Made by a program: the position numbers and the translations under genes. Below the pieces are notes generated by a model that searched no databases, was not told the DNA's origin, and saw only the letters and a program-made list of their open reading frames with translations. DNA of 63,746 bases, counting the filler, from Reticulomyxa filosa (taxonomy: Eukaryota; Protista; Foraminifera), in assembly GCA_000512085.1 (NCBI GenBank). It is 16 parts of 16 records of this genome, joined end to end, with 100 filler letters (N's around TTAATTAATTAA, not from the genome) between each part and the next. Parts side by side here need not be neighbours in the genome. Positions count along the whole stretch, not along the records: positions 50,069 to 55,497 come from ASPP01002760.1; positions 55,598 to 58,414 come from ASPP01029328.1; positions 58,515 to 60,010 come from ASPP01041153.1; positions 60,111 to 63,746 come from ASPP01000985.1; 12 more parts are not named here. One strand, written 5' to 3'. Shown in pieces: positions 53,001 through 63,746 of the stretch (positions within the stretch are counted from its first letter, which is position 1; the number at the start of each line of letters is the position of its first letter).

Positions 53001-55497
53001 CATACGAAGACAGCCCACAAATTCCAATCCAAAACAGACGAGCATCCAATTCGAGATCAAAAGTACAATCCATAACAGTTGACGAACTTAGAGAATATAT
53101 CCAAAAGTTGCATCGTTCATCATCTGGTGGAATTGACCTCTTTGCAGCTCAATTTCTACACGACATTGAACCATTCGACCTCGAGACATACGCGATTACA
53201 AATTGGGCCAGGGTGGCGCACATGATTGCAAGTGGAAATGTGTGTGAGGAGGCCAGAGCCATCACGTATGGGGCCAGGCTAATTGCGGTGTCCAAACCAG
53301 ATGGCTCGCCCAGACCAATAGCAATCGGTTCACTCTTTCGTCGATCCGCTTCAGCCATTCTCGTCAAAAGACACGCAGAAGATTTAAAGAATCTTGTGGG
53401 CCACAAACAATTTGGCATTAACACCATCAAAGGCATCGAACTATTTTCACATAGTTTCAAAGCCATCCTTCGACGTACGCAGTTAACCACCGGAGCAGTC
53501 GCTGTCAAGATAGATTTTCGCAACGCCTTCAATACTGTCCGTCGTCAAAAGCTCATTGACCTAGTCAACGAAAAAATCCCCCAATTATGGCAATCACTCA
53601 CCTCTCATCTTACCAAACGAATCAATCATACATTCTTGCACAGGAGTACATCAGGGGGACCAACTGGGAAGTGCACTCTTTGCAATCGTCTTGGCTGATG
53701 CCTTGGAACTGGCCCTCAAAGAGATCCGCAACATATATCACGCAGCCTATCATGATGATTTGGTCATCGCTGCCAACGACTCCGCAACAGCAGTACAAGC
53801 AATCGAAAATTTAATACATTTACGACAGTCCCATGGTATCGAAATAAATATCAACAAATGCGAATGGCTTGCAGAAGAGACAAACACTCCACCCACTCAA
53901 TTGGCCGGAATAAAACATGTTACTGACTTCAATACCACTCTGGTCAGCAAGCAATGGAAAAACACATGGACAGTTGGGATGGAGATTTTGACAATATCAA
54001 AAATGTAAATCATGCACAAACAATGCTTTTACTCTTACGTCACACGATGCAAATCTCCAAGACAAATTATTTCCTCCGGGCAAATTTTACTGACCCACGA
54101 GATAATTGGGCCAAAAGATTTGATGCAAGATTAAAAGGGGTCATGGAAGTTATCATTAACAAGCCCCTCACAGAAATACAATGGTTGCAATGTCAGCTGC
54201 CAATCAGAGCTGGTGGTCTCGGCCTGCGCACGATCAAACAATTTTCCAGCGCCGCCTTTATCGCCTAATCTGTGAACGCAAGTCTCACGTTGCCTACCAT
54301 TTACAGTCATATCAGCAATGGTTGGATATGTCAAGTCGAGATCAACAATGCAATTTTCCATTTCAATCAAAGTGTTCCCCCACAGCAAAGTTTCAACGAT
54401 TGGTCCATACCGGTCCAGCAGTCCACATTATCCGAACGTATAATCAATCAAGCAATCAACACGTTAAAGCAAAAATCATCAGACAGAGCAAATAAATTGT
54501 TAACTTCGTTATCAATCAATCAAGCATCCTCATATTTGCACGCCGTCCCCAACAGATTCCTGCACAGTTTTTTCGAAAACCCCGAATTCCACCCCATTCT
54601 TCAATTCCGCCTAGGAATGGAAATTGCCACAAGCACAATTTGCCACGGAGGGGCCGAATGTCCAGCCATAATGGATCCCCACGGAGACCACGCTTTACAT
54701 TGCAGATATGGCAAAGTTCGCATATCCAGACACAACAAAATAGTATCATGCATCTCCAATTTCCTCAGAAGAGCAGGCATATCGCACCAAGTCGAACCCC
54801 GCATAGCTGCCGAACACAGAAGAAGACCAGCCGATTTGGCAATGAAATGGTTTGAACACGAACATGATATAACATTCTTCGATGTCGGCGTGACCCATAT
54901 AATGATTGAAGAACAGCGACCAGCCCGTCTCCAGGCGGCGCAAAACTATTTCGATACCAAAAATAGAAAGCACAAGCAAGCAAGTCATCGTTGCGGTGCA
55001 GAGTATATTCCATTGATTACCGAGACCACTGGTGGCTGGCATCAAGAGGCCAAAAACTTTTTCCATACTCTCTGCCAATCATTAGCAAATAAAGAAAGAA
55101 CTTCAATTGACAAAGCCAAGCAAACGATATATCGGTCACTAAGTGTCGCCCTCCAAAAAGGTAACGCATTAGCACTAATCACGCATTGCAAATGAACGAA
55201 TCCGATTATGTTATCATAGAGCGACCAGAAAAAATCAATTACCAAAGAATTAGTAGACATAACAAGTACATGGAGAAGGCACAAAATAATAACACTTAAC
55301 TTAAACACCATTAATTTTTGAATGGTATGAGAAAACATTGAAATGCAAGTGTTGACAAACAGCACTAATGCAAAATGTAAAGAGTTATTTTTCATTGAGG
55401 GAAGGGATTAAAGCAAAACAAAATTTTCGTTTATCTTATTTAAGTTCACTTTAAGCACGGCATCACTCGCCAAGTTGCTGGACTTAAAAAAAAAAAA
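50069..55497 (+). mobile_element. CRE-like non-LTR retrotransposon (RLE class) carrying an N-terminal kinesin motor domain; this copy has two frameshifts and one nonsense codon
   Basis: The ORF from ATG 50126 gives kinesin motor (about 50609-51580), two zinc fingers (about 52244-52445), then RT (ARLIAVSKPDGSPRPIAIG, QFGI, IDFRNAFN, GVHQGDQLG, YHDD at 53748-53759). Downstream: QLPIRAGGLG, CCHC plus RH (54641-54733), RRPAD...FDV...K...PLITETTGGW endonuclease, stop at 55195, about 290 nt of 3' UTR and a 12-nt A-run at 55486-55497. Confidence 0.93.
50609..51580 (+). other. Kinesin motor domain (divergent) within the retrotransposon ORF
   Basis: Ordered motifs: LQIFARLK (VxVRxR), FEFSNIF (FxFDxVF), VIKGQNALVIAYGHSDSGKTFSIIG (P-loop), ILP, FSAIEVY, DLL, NYKSSRGHVVYTIKL (switch I), LTIIDCAWAG (switch II), REKE..I, SPY...RLKALL and IDKMLQF. 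Confidence 0.9.
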
Positions 55498-56619
55498 NNN
55501 NNNNNNNNNNNNNNNNNNNNNNNNNNNNNNNNNNNNNNNNNTTAATTAATTAANNNNNNNNNNNNNNNNNNNNNNNNNNNNNNNNNNNNNNNNNNNNCTC
55601 ATCCAAGCAAGAAACTGAAAAACAACCTTCCTTACAACTGATTTTGGTAAGTTTCATCCGATCTTTCAGAAAATTAGTTGATTTTACGACAAGATTCTCC
55701 CTTCCCCTTTTTTTTTCCCCATTGAAGCAAATCAGCGTACTTTTTACAGTTGTGATACAAAATGTAATTCGCGTATGTATTGTTTCTGTTGTTGAGTCAA
55801 TGTCTTTTCATACATTTTATCTACGTTTTAGAGCGGACATAAAACTAAGCAACGATACTCTGTCGACGTTTAGAATTCTCTTATTTTCATTACATAGATA
55901 ACACAATTTAAAATATATAAACAAAGAAATACAAGCATAATGATCTCAATATTGTAACATTTTTATGCTTGACAAATTATTATAAAAAAAATTGTGTTCA
56001 TAAAAAAAAATAATTTTATGCAATCATCAAATTATGTTACTTAATTTTTTTTCAAATTTCAATAAAATAACAAAATTATTACTGAAGTATATATTTATGT
56101 GAAGAAGGCATTGATGTGGACATCACAATGTGACAAATATCTGACCAAAGCTTTAATAACTTTGAAGTTAATTTTAATTTTTATTAGTTTAATTTTATTT
56201 TTTTAAACTTTTCGTTTTATTAAAAAAAGCAAAAAAACTATAAAAAAAAATGATAAAAAAATTTTAAAATAAAAAAAGGATTGAGTAAATAATAATAACA
56301 AAAGATAAAAAATAATCCTCTGAATTAATCGATTTAATGACACTTTTAGAATGTGTAAGAAAAAATTAACTAATTTATTTCACAATTTTTAGTACTGCAA
56401 AGAGATTTATTTACAATTTTTCATTTCAAAATTGTTTCAGATTGTCATATAATAAATTATTCATCATAACGAGTTACCTAGCTACAAATTTATTTTAATG
56501 CTGGAGAAAAATTTTTTAGAAGATATTTGTAGAAAAAATTTTCAGTTTAGAATGGATTTGTTTCTTTAAGAGCAATCTTTTAAGAATTTTGTTTTTTTTA
56601 TTCCCTTATACTTTTGTCA

Positions 56620-58414
56620 ATGCAATCCACAATCACCACGTCAAATCATCAAACACTTCAAAGAGCACGCCATTGGAATTGAATTGCTTTGGAGGCTGTA
56701 GTTGTTTTTGTGCGGTGAAAATAACACGATCTATAATGACTCGGAGTGCAAAAAGGTGATGATATGTTTCAGCTCGTTTTAATTACGTGCTTTGCAGTTT
56801 CGAATTGGCGAGTTATTGTTCATAACATCGACTAACCAGTGTCTCATTGCCAACCACAAATCTGCAGACACGTTTTTGCCCAAGCTAAGGAGTGTAGTGT
56901 TTTCCAAATCGCTTTTCATTTCCCAGCAAATGTATATCTCCAATGAATGTCAGGTATTTAAGAACAAGTGTGAATGTTCGTGAATGAGTGATAATATAAC
57001 CCAAGATATTTTTGAATGAGAGCAAATGAATCTTCCAAACATCCTTTCAATAAACTGACACCTCAATAATTTTTATTGACCACATCAGATGCTTCAAGTC
57101 CGTCCAAATTCACCAAGTTTCTAAAGGGTACTTGGTGATATCACCAATTTGATTTACATTGTAATCTTTTGTATCAACGACGACAATGGTGTCTTCTTCC
57201 CCTTTGGTCTCCTCATTTTCGGCCACATCATCGTCAATTTTTTCTTCCTTTTTGCTAGATATTCGGTTCCTGGCTCGACTATTGGCATCCTTATCTGCAG
57301 CTACTTGCTCCATGAGCTGTCATCATGTTTGTTTTGTTCCAACGCCGACTTTTCCGCCTCTCGAATGGCGCACTAATGAATCCTACCAATTTGTCGCGCA
57401 CAGTTTGATACGAGATATTGATTCCAATACGGTAGCGATAGAACAAGGCATGGACCAGTGTCCAATGCGTGCAGCTCCAAATGCAATGATGGAAATGTTG
57501 ATGAATAATATACTTTTTCAACACTTGAGTCGCGTACTTGCGCAAGCGAAGCTCTTGTGTTGGATCACTGGCCACTTGTTCAAGTATATTTATCCATTCA
57601 TGTACTTCCGATAGGATCTCTTTCGTTTGCAAATAATTGGGTATTCAGTAAATATGTCCCAAAGCTGATCATTGCGCCCGTGCCAAGTTTTTTCTCTCTG
57701 ACGATCAACAGCCATTCAAACAGTGCTTTCCAATCGATTAGACATCTCATCAATCCACAAAACGTTCCAAAATATGTTGGGTTTGTGCATCAGATCAATA
57801 ATAAAACATCTTCCTCAAAATAAAGCGAACAAGAGCCAGTCACAAGTGTTGTTTTCAATTTGTGTGTGTGTGTGTGAGGTGATAAAAATCCATACATTCC
57901 CTTTTCACACTTTTTTTATAACAAAACTTCAAGTCCTTCCAAGTTCGACGATTCAACACATTCTTAACCACGTGCATAATGGTAAGTGTCATCGATTCTT
58001 CCACTTTGATTTTTCTCTTTTCTTCCGTCGATCGCGTATATGCAGAAATATCCTCGACATGATAGATCAGATTAACAATTTGGTTGACCGAACCGGAATT
58101 TGTTCGGATAAAATTTCTTGGCAAAGTTGGTCGACCATTGTTTAATGTGGCTGTTTTCGATTTGCTTGTCTGCTTCGTTGATTTCGATAGTCGACTTGGC
58201 TAAGAGCAGTCGCTTGTCACCGCTCAAGAGCTTCGTAAGATGCGACTTGGAGGCTAACAAGTACTGTATGATTCGTCGATGGAGGTTTTCCAAAGGCGTC
58301 AATTTGCTGACTCTCTTTGCCGCGTTGGCAATGTATGATTCCAAGATTGTAAAGACGAGCTGCACTACTCTCGCATCGATTTCGCCAACTTTCTTTGAGC
58401 AAGTGAGGTGAAAG
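56620..58414 (-). pseudogene. Decayed coding sequence of an unidentified helical protein
   Basis: GC-elevated block with consecutive protein-like ORFs in shifting frames (58072..58365, 57855..58124, 57291..57632, 57110..57313). Family not recognised. Confidence 0.35.
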
Positions 58415-59169
58415 NNNNNNNNNNNNNNNNNNNNNNNNNNNNNNNNNNNNNNNNNNNNTTAATTAATTAANNNNNNNNNNNNNNNNNNNNNNNNNNNNNN
58501 NNNNNNNNNNNNNNGAAAAATAGAGCCTCTTCAACATCTTTTTTTTTTTTTAATTGTCATATCTCTATTTATTCGAAAAGATCACCTATTCATTGTTATA
58601 ACACCCATCGAGATATCTTCAACTTTCTGACTTTACTTTCTTCTACACGTAGGAGTAATATGATATTCATCTTTTTTTGTTACATACAAAGGATAGTTAA
58701 TATTCAATTTCGTTTTATATTCAAAATTCAATGCAAATTTGTTACGTGAAAGGTTATTGAAATATAATCAACTTCTTATGATGAATATTTGGACATAATA
58801 TTTTTAACAACCTTTTCCTTTTTTGAACTTGTTAGAAAAAGTTCAACTAACTTTCATCTTACAACATCAACAACGATTCAGGAGAAAAGCAGAGAAATTA
58901 AAAGGAGACTACTTTTACTAACGAAAAGCAAACTTCAATGCAACTGGCATTTGTAACTTTGTTTTTGAAATAATTATTAAATACTGAAATACCCAGGCAC
59001 TATCATAACATTCAATAAGAGAAAAAGCTTTCAGCTTGTTCACTTTATTTTCTTTTTTATGTAACAGGACATGCTATTCATCTTTTTTTTATCTTTTTTA
59101 AGTTTGTGCAAAAAAAGTCTCATTTGTGTACCAGACATTTGTTCTTAAAAAAAAGATATATCGATTAAA

Positions 59170-59740
59170 TTTTCATTAGGTTTTTTTTGGTTTGTTTTTG
59201 GAGTAGTTTTTTTTTTGAAGAAAAAGTCAGAGTAGAAAACGAGTTTTTTTTAATCAACAAAAAAATACTTGCTAATTTTTTGAATCTTACTTTCTCATGG
59301 AAATAATCGTATTTGTTTGCATCAAATAGATAAAAATCAAAGTATTTTATTCTTTTTGAAGCATTTTTGTTTCCAAGTGCAAGTTATTGTTAATTGGAAC
59401 ACGATATCTTTAAAATTGAAAACAAATCGCCCTTTATTTTTTGGGGAAAACCAGAGTAGTTTTAATTTTTGTCGTCCATTTTTCCAAGCAAAAATATTTG
59501 TACTTATTCTTTTTAAAAAGATTATCAAATGTACAAATCAATATAAGTAAAACAATGGAGATCTCAAAACAATAAATTTATTTTCAATATTTAATATTTG
59601 ATATTTCAACTAGTTCAATATCTTACATTAAAGCGTTCCATCAAGTTTTTTTTATTTGTTTTTGGAGTAGATTTTTTTTTGGAAGAAGAATTAGAGTAAA
59701 AAACGAGATTTTTTTTTAATAATCAACAAAAAAAATTTTG
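59170..59740. repeat. Imperfect ~100-bp direct repeat, two copies about 465 bp apart
   Basis: TTTGTTTTTGGAGTAG-(T)n-GAAGAA...AGAGTA.AAAACGAG-(T)n-AATCAACAAAAAAAAT at about 59191 and 59655. Confidence 0.8.
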
Positions 59741-60110
59741 ATCATCATTATATTCTCTAATTGGTGTAAGATATTTGATTGATGTTTTTATCTTCCTATC
59801 TTGTGATATCGCTTTGATGGATGTCAAATGAACAAACATAGTTATCATCCAATTCCAATGGTTTAGATATTGCATAGTTGAATTTAATTTCATCTTCAAC
59901 CATTTCATAATGCTTTTTATCAACATCTTTTGGAGGCTGCAAATGTCTTTGCCAAAAGATAAGCTTTATCAGGATCAGACCTTGCCACTGAATTATTTCT
60001 TTATGCTGGANNNNNNNNNNNNNNNNNNNNNNNNNNNNNNNNNNNNNNNNNNNNTTAATTAATTAANNNNNNNNNNNNNNNNNNNNNNNNNNNNNNNNNN
60101 NNNNNNNNNN

Positions 60111-60484
60111 CAAATGAATTATTAAATACAATATTATCTGGATCAAATGATAAAAGTGTTTGTTTGTGGGATATTCGATCTGGTAAACAAATTCAAGTGT
60201 TCAATGGACATACAAATACCGTATGGTCTGTTGAATATTCACCACTTGTAATAAAAAATAGTATTGGTAATTCAAATGTGATATGTTCTGGATCAACTGA
60301 TAATACAATTCGTTTTTGGGATATTCGGTCAAATAAGAATGAATTGTTTATTATCAAAGGAGATAGTGGAATATATTGTCTTAAATTTATTGTATTGAAA
60401 AAGAAAGTTAATACAAAGAATGTTACATATGATTTGAATTTGTGTTATGGTTCAGACAAAGGTCCCATTCGTATTTGGGGATAA
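60111..60484 (+). CDS. WD40-repeat protein C-terminal fragment (third copy)
   Basis: NELLNTILSGSNDKSVCLWDIRSGKQIQVFNGHT...ICSGSTDNTIRFWDIRS...IRIWG*. Confidence 0.85.
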
Positions 60485-61659
60485 TTGATCTTTTTGTCGA
60501 ATAAGAAATGAAAATATTTTTGTTTGAAACGTTTGATTAAAAAAAAGTAAGTTGATATTACCTTGTTTGATTTGATTAATTTCAGTCACCGAAAGATATG
60601 CTATCTTGCTTTGTTGTTTTAAAAAATTGAAAAACATGCGTTAATGTTTTTTAAAGAATTGAAAAATATAATTAATAAAAATTTTATTCAAATCAAAGTA
60701 AGCAAGATATGAATGATCGATAATTCAAAAAATACAATCAGATAAAGAAATTCTTTTTTTTTATCAAACACAGACTGACAAGATTGTCTTTCTTTTTGAA
60801 GCTTTGAGAAAAAAAATCTAATATAATAAGCCTTTTTCGACAATCACCTGAACATGTTTAACACCTGAATCTCGATATTTTTATTAGTCTTTGATGCGCT
60901 AAATAAGCGGATTTGAGCAGCAAATAGATATCAGTTTCATTTGTTTCAATAAAGTGCCTTGATTTTTTCCTTACATTGTGCGACCACACTGATCTTTCAA
61001 CTGGGTCAAATACATTTTTTTAATTTTTATAATCAATTCAAATCTTATTCGCTGAAGAAGAATATGAATGGAACGCAATAGATTGATTAATGTCAAACAG
61101 TAAATAAAGCTTTTATAAACCGAATTGTTTTATGCTATGCCTATTCAAGAAACAGCTTTTACAAATATGATAAAATACCTCTTTTCTTCCATGACACCCT
61201 TTTTTTGAAATAAAACAAACAAAAAATAAAACATCTTCGACTTCCATTATCATCAAATAACCTGTTCCAATTTTGATATTACAATATTTTTCTATTAATG
61301 TTACTTTTTGATATTAATCACTTATCTATTCATACTGAAAGAGAAAATGCTATGTACATTTGAAGAAATAGATGGCATTCTTAAGAAAGTTAGACCTTTA
61401 GTTTTGTTGAACGTTCAATCAATTAAAAGGACAATTTTTTTTGTCACAAAACTTTTCTTTCTCCCTTTTTTTATAATCTCGTTGTATTTGGATTAAATCA
61501 TTTAATATATTAAAATTTTAAAATTAAATTTTCAACATTAAATAAATATTTTATTTTAAACAATCAAGTTTTTGTTTTGATACTTCAGAAAAAAAATAAA
61601 ATGTTTGATTCCTTCTATCAAAAAAAAAATCAGAAGCAATAAATATAATAACACAAGTA

Positions 61660-62110
61660 TGATGAATATATGAATATGAACACGACAAAAACGAAAAATA
61701 CAAAGACGAACACAAATACAAGTACATACAGACATGAACACTAACATGAATATAACAAATATGAACATGAACATAAAGAAACACGAAGGACACTATTACG
61801 AAGATGAACACAAACAGTGACATGAAGACAGACACAGACACGAATAACACAACTATAAACACAAACACAGATACATACAAAGATATTATCATGAACAAGA
61901 CGATCACGAACATATACATAGTCATGAACACAAACACCAACACAAAGAAGGACACAATTATAAATACAAACACGAAGACAGGCATAGGCACGTATATGAA
62001 TATGAATACAAATGCGAAGATGAGCACAGTTACGAACATCACAAAAAAAGAGAAAAGTACAAATCAAAAATCAACCCTGGAACAAACGTCAGCACGAATA
62101 CAGACATAAA
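61660..62110. repeat. Degenerate hexamer-period low-complexity tract (CATGAA/CACAAA/CACGAA-like)
   Basis: A/C-rich periodic sequence. It is open in several frames, giving N/T/M/K-rich (+) and V/F/I-rich (-) translations. Confidence 0.75.
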
Positions 62111-63746
62111 TAAGGCTACAGACACTAACAATGGTGAATATGTAAACGATACGATTTCGTCAGTCATAGCGAATATCCTAATATTTGTTTAAAAAATATG
62201 TACATATATAGCATACGTAATGAAATTTTAATTTTATTTTTTTGTACTTCAATTGATATGAATTGTCCTGCATTTGAAAAGGCATTCAAGATACTAATTT
62301 TTTTTTTTGGACAATTGTTTAGTCTTATTATTGAAGAACAAAAATGTAAAAACTTACTTTTTATTTGCAATGATACAACACAATGTGAAAAACTTGAAGT
62401 ATGCCCTTATCTACCTGACATGAAACTACATGCATTATTTTTTTTAATTAATATAATCTACAATAACGAGTATGTGTTAACAGTTGGAATTCGTTTCGTC
62501 TATCTTACAGAGATGTTAAAGGGTTAGTCCCAATATATACACCACCAGACTCCAATTGCAAGGACAATATCAAATAGCAAACCAGCGTTAGATGAAAGAT
62601 ATTCAAAATATATTAATTAAAGATGTTCGCATGATACTAAATTCATTTATAAATACATTATTACTCACAATTGAAGACATATATTGTGGATTAATTTTGT
62701 TGAGACTTAATGAATTACAAATTCGTGAGCGCATTAAAATGAATTCATTTTCTATATCCCTTTCTGAGGTATAAACATAGTTTATGTAATATTATAATGC
62801 ACATTTTTTAAAATTATATTGTATTACAAAACAACAGGTTTTTGCAGAAGAAAAAAAGAACGTGAAATGACATTTACTTTATCAGATTATATTGAAAAGA
62901 AATCAATCACGAACGATTTGGAAACTTTTTGCAGTGAAAACCAGTTGGAACAGCCAGGGTTATATAAATTTGAGCAAAATCAAAAAGCAAAAATTAAACT
63001 TCAAGAGACGAGAATAAATGTATAACTTTCTTTTTTCGAATTGCCTTTGTGAGTGGATGTAAAATGAAAAAATCATTAGATTGTTAAGGTTTCTCAACGT
63101 TTTCATCAGTTATTTTGCTTTTGTGGGCATATGTTTGATATACAACAGTTTGTAAAAAAATTGGCACATTTATTATGCTAATCGATTTTCTCCATCTAAA
63201 ACAAAACACCGTACATTAAAATAGTACAAGTTTTACAAATTAACAAGAAAAAAAATTTGAAAATAAGATATCACGTTTTATGTATTGCCAAAAAAAATAA
63301 AAAACAAAATTTAAAAGGGAACGTATGAAGCTCAGGCAGAAGTTGTAAGTGTAATACAACAGATGCTTTTTTTTTGAGAGCAGTTTCCAATAAAACAAAA
63401 ATGAGTTAAATAAAGAATAATTAACAACAAAAAAACGAAAGAAGTGAAAAGAACTATGAAGAAGTTTAATCTACTGGGGACTCACCTTTAGAGTTCGGTC
63501 GTCTACAGTAGGGGCTTGCCCTACAAGAAGACGAAATTGATGTTTTTATTTTTTATTGATAATTTTTTGAGAAAAAAACTTTGTATATTATTGCATAAAT
63601 AATGGATTCAAAATATCCAATTGATTTGACAACTGATTACAACAAGTCAATACTATCACAAAACTCGATATACAAATAAAAATTCAAAAAAATTTACATT
63701 AAATAAAATTTCAAATGGTCATAATTAAATGCTCAATAATCGAAGT

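Larger units (their letters stand above)
1095..60110. other. 15 artificial 100-nt contig-joining linkers (N44 + TTAATTAATTAA + N44)
   Basis: Identical spacers at 1095-1194, 5076-5175, 19928-20027, 22483-22582, 26224-26323, 30380-30479, 31990-32089, 41703-41802, 42982-43081, 47710-47809, 48810-48909, 49969-50068, 55498-55597, 58415-58514 and 60011-60110. The core puts stops in all six frames. Confidence 0.98.

Noticed and set aside
53580-53960. Programmed ribosomal frameshifting in the retroelement
   Set aside because: The shifts fall inside the RT core, appear to remove conserved residues and lack a clear slippery heptamer. Deletions explain them better.
54266-54268. Stop-codon reassignment or readthrough suggested by the in-frame TAA in the retroelement and the TGA/TAG in the Tc1 fragment
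   Set aside because: Conserved genes here end at TAA (KAE1, URC fusion), TAG (TBC) and TGA (PCO/ADO, eIF4G). The internal stops fall at Ser- or Trp-like positions one mutation away, consistent with decay.
59880-60010. Possible 14-3-3 fragment (SDPDKAYLLAK) on the minus strand
   Set aside because: Only a short resemblance surrounded by stops; not supportable.
1095-60110. Regularly recurring palindromic TTAATTAATTAA flanked by Ns as a biological repeat or CRISPR-like array
   Set aside because: It has a fixed 100-nt length and six-frame stops, so it is an artificial contig linker. ORFs running into X residues and gene adjacency across linkers are meaningless.

Overview
AT-rich, intron-containing eukaryotic (protist) DNA. 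It is made of 16 separate contig pieces joined by 15 artificial 100-nt linkers (N44-TTAATTAATTAA-N44), so gene neighbourhoods are only meaningful inside each piece. The amplified WD40, kelch, HEAT-like and RNF213-like fragments and many decayed genes resemble a foraminiferan such as Reticulomyxa; this is an inference from gene style, not a search result. Recognisable genes: a GT31 galactosyltransferase, an eIF4G with a plant-eIFiso4G-like N-terminus, a PCO/ADO thiol dioxygenase, a TBC+PH protein, Kae1/OSGEP, a tandem CCCH protein, a URC1-URC4 fusion, a CAP-domain membrane protein, a GH31 glycosidase and a cyclin. There are also pseudogenes, a Tc1 (DD34E) remnant and two unexplained degenerate tandem arrays. 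The standout is contig 50069-55497: a CRE-like non-LTR retrotransposon (zinc fingers, RT, CCHC, restriction-like endonuclease, 3' A-run) whose intronless ORF carries a complete but divergent kinesin motor domain in frame at its N-terminus. All protein calls rest on motif recognition by eye, and exon boundaries are approximate unless stated.
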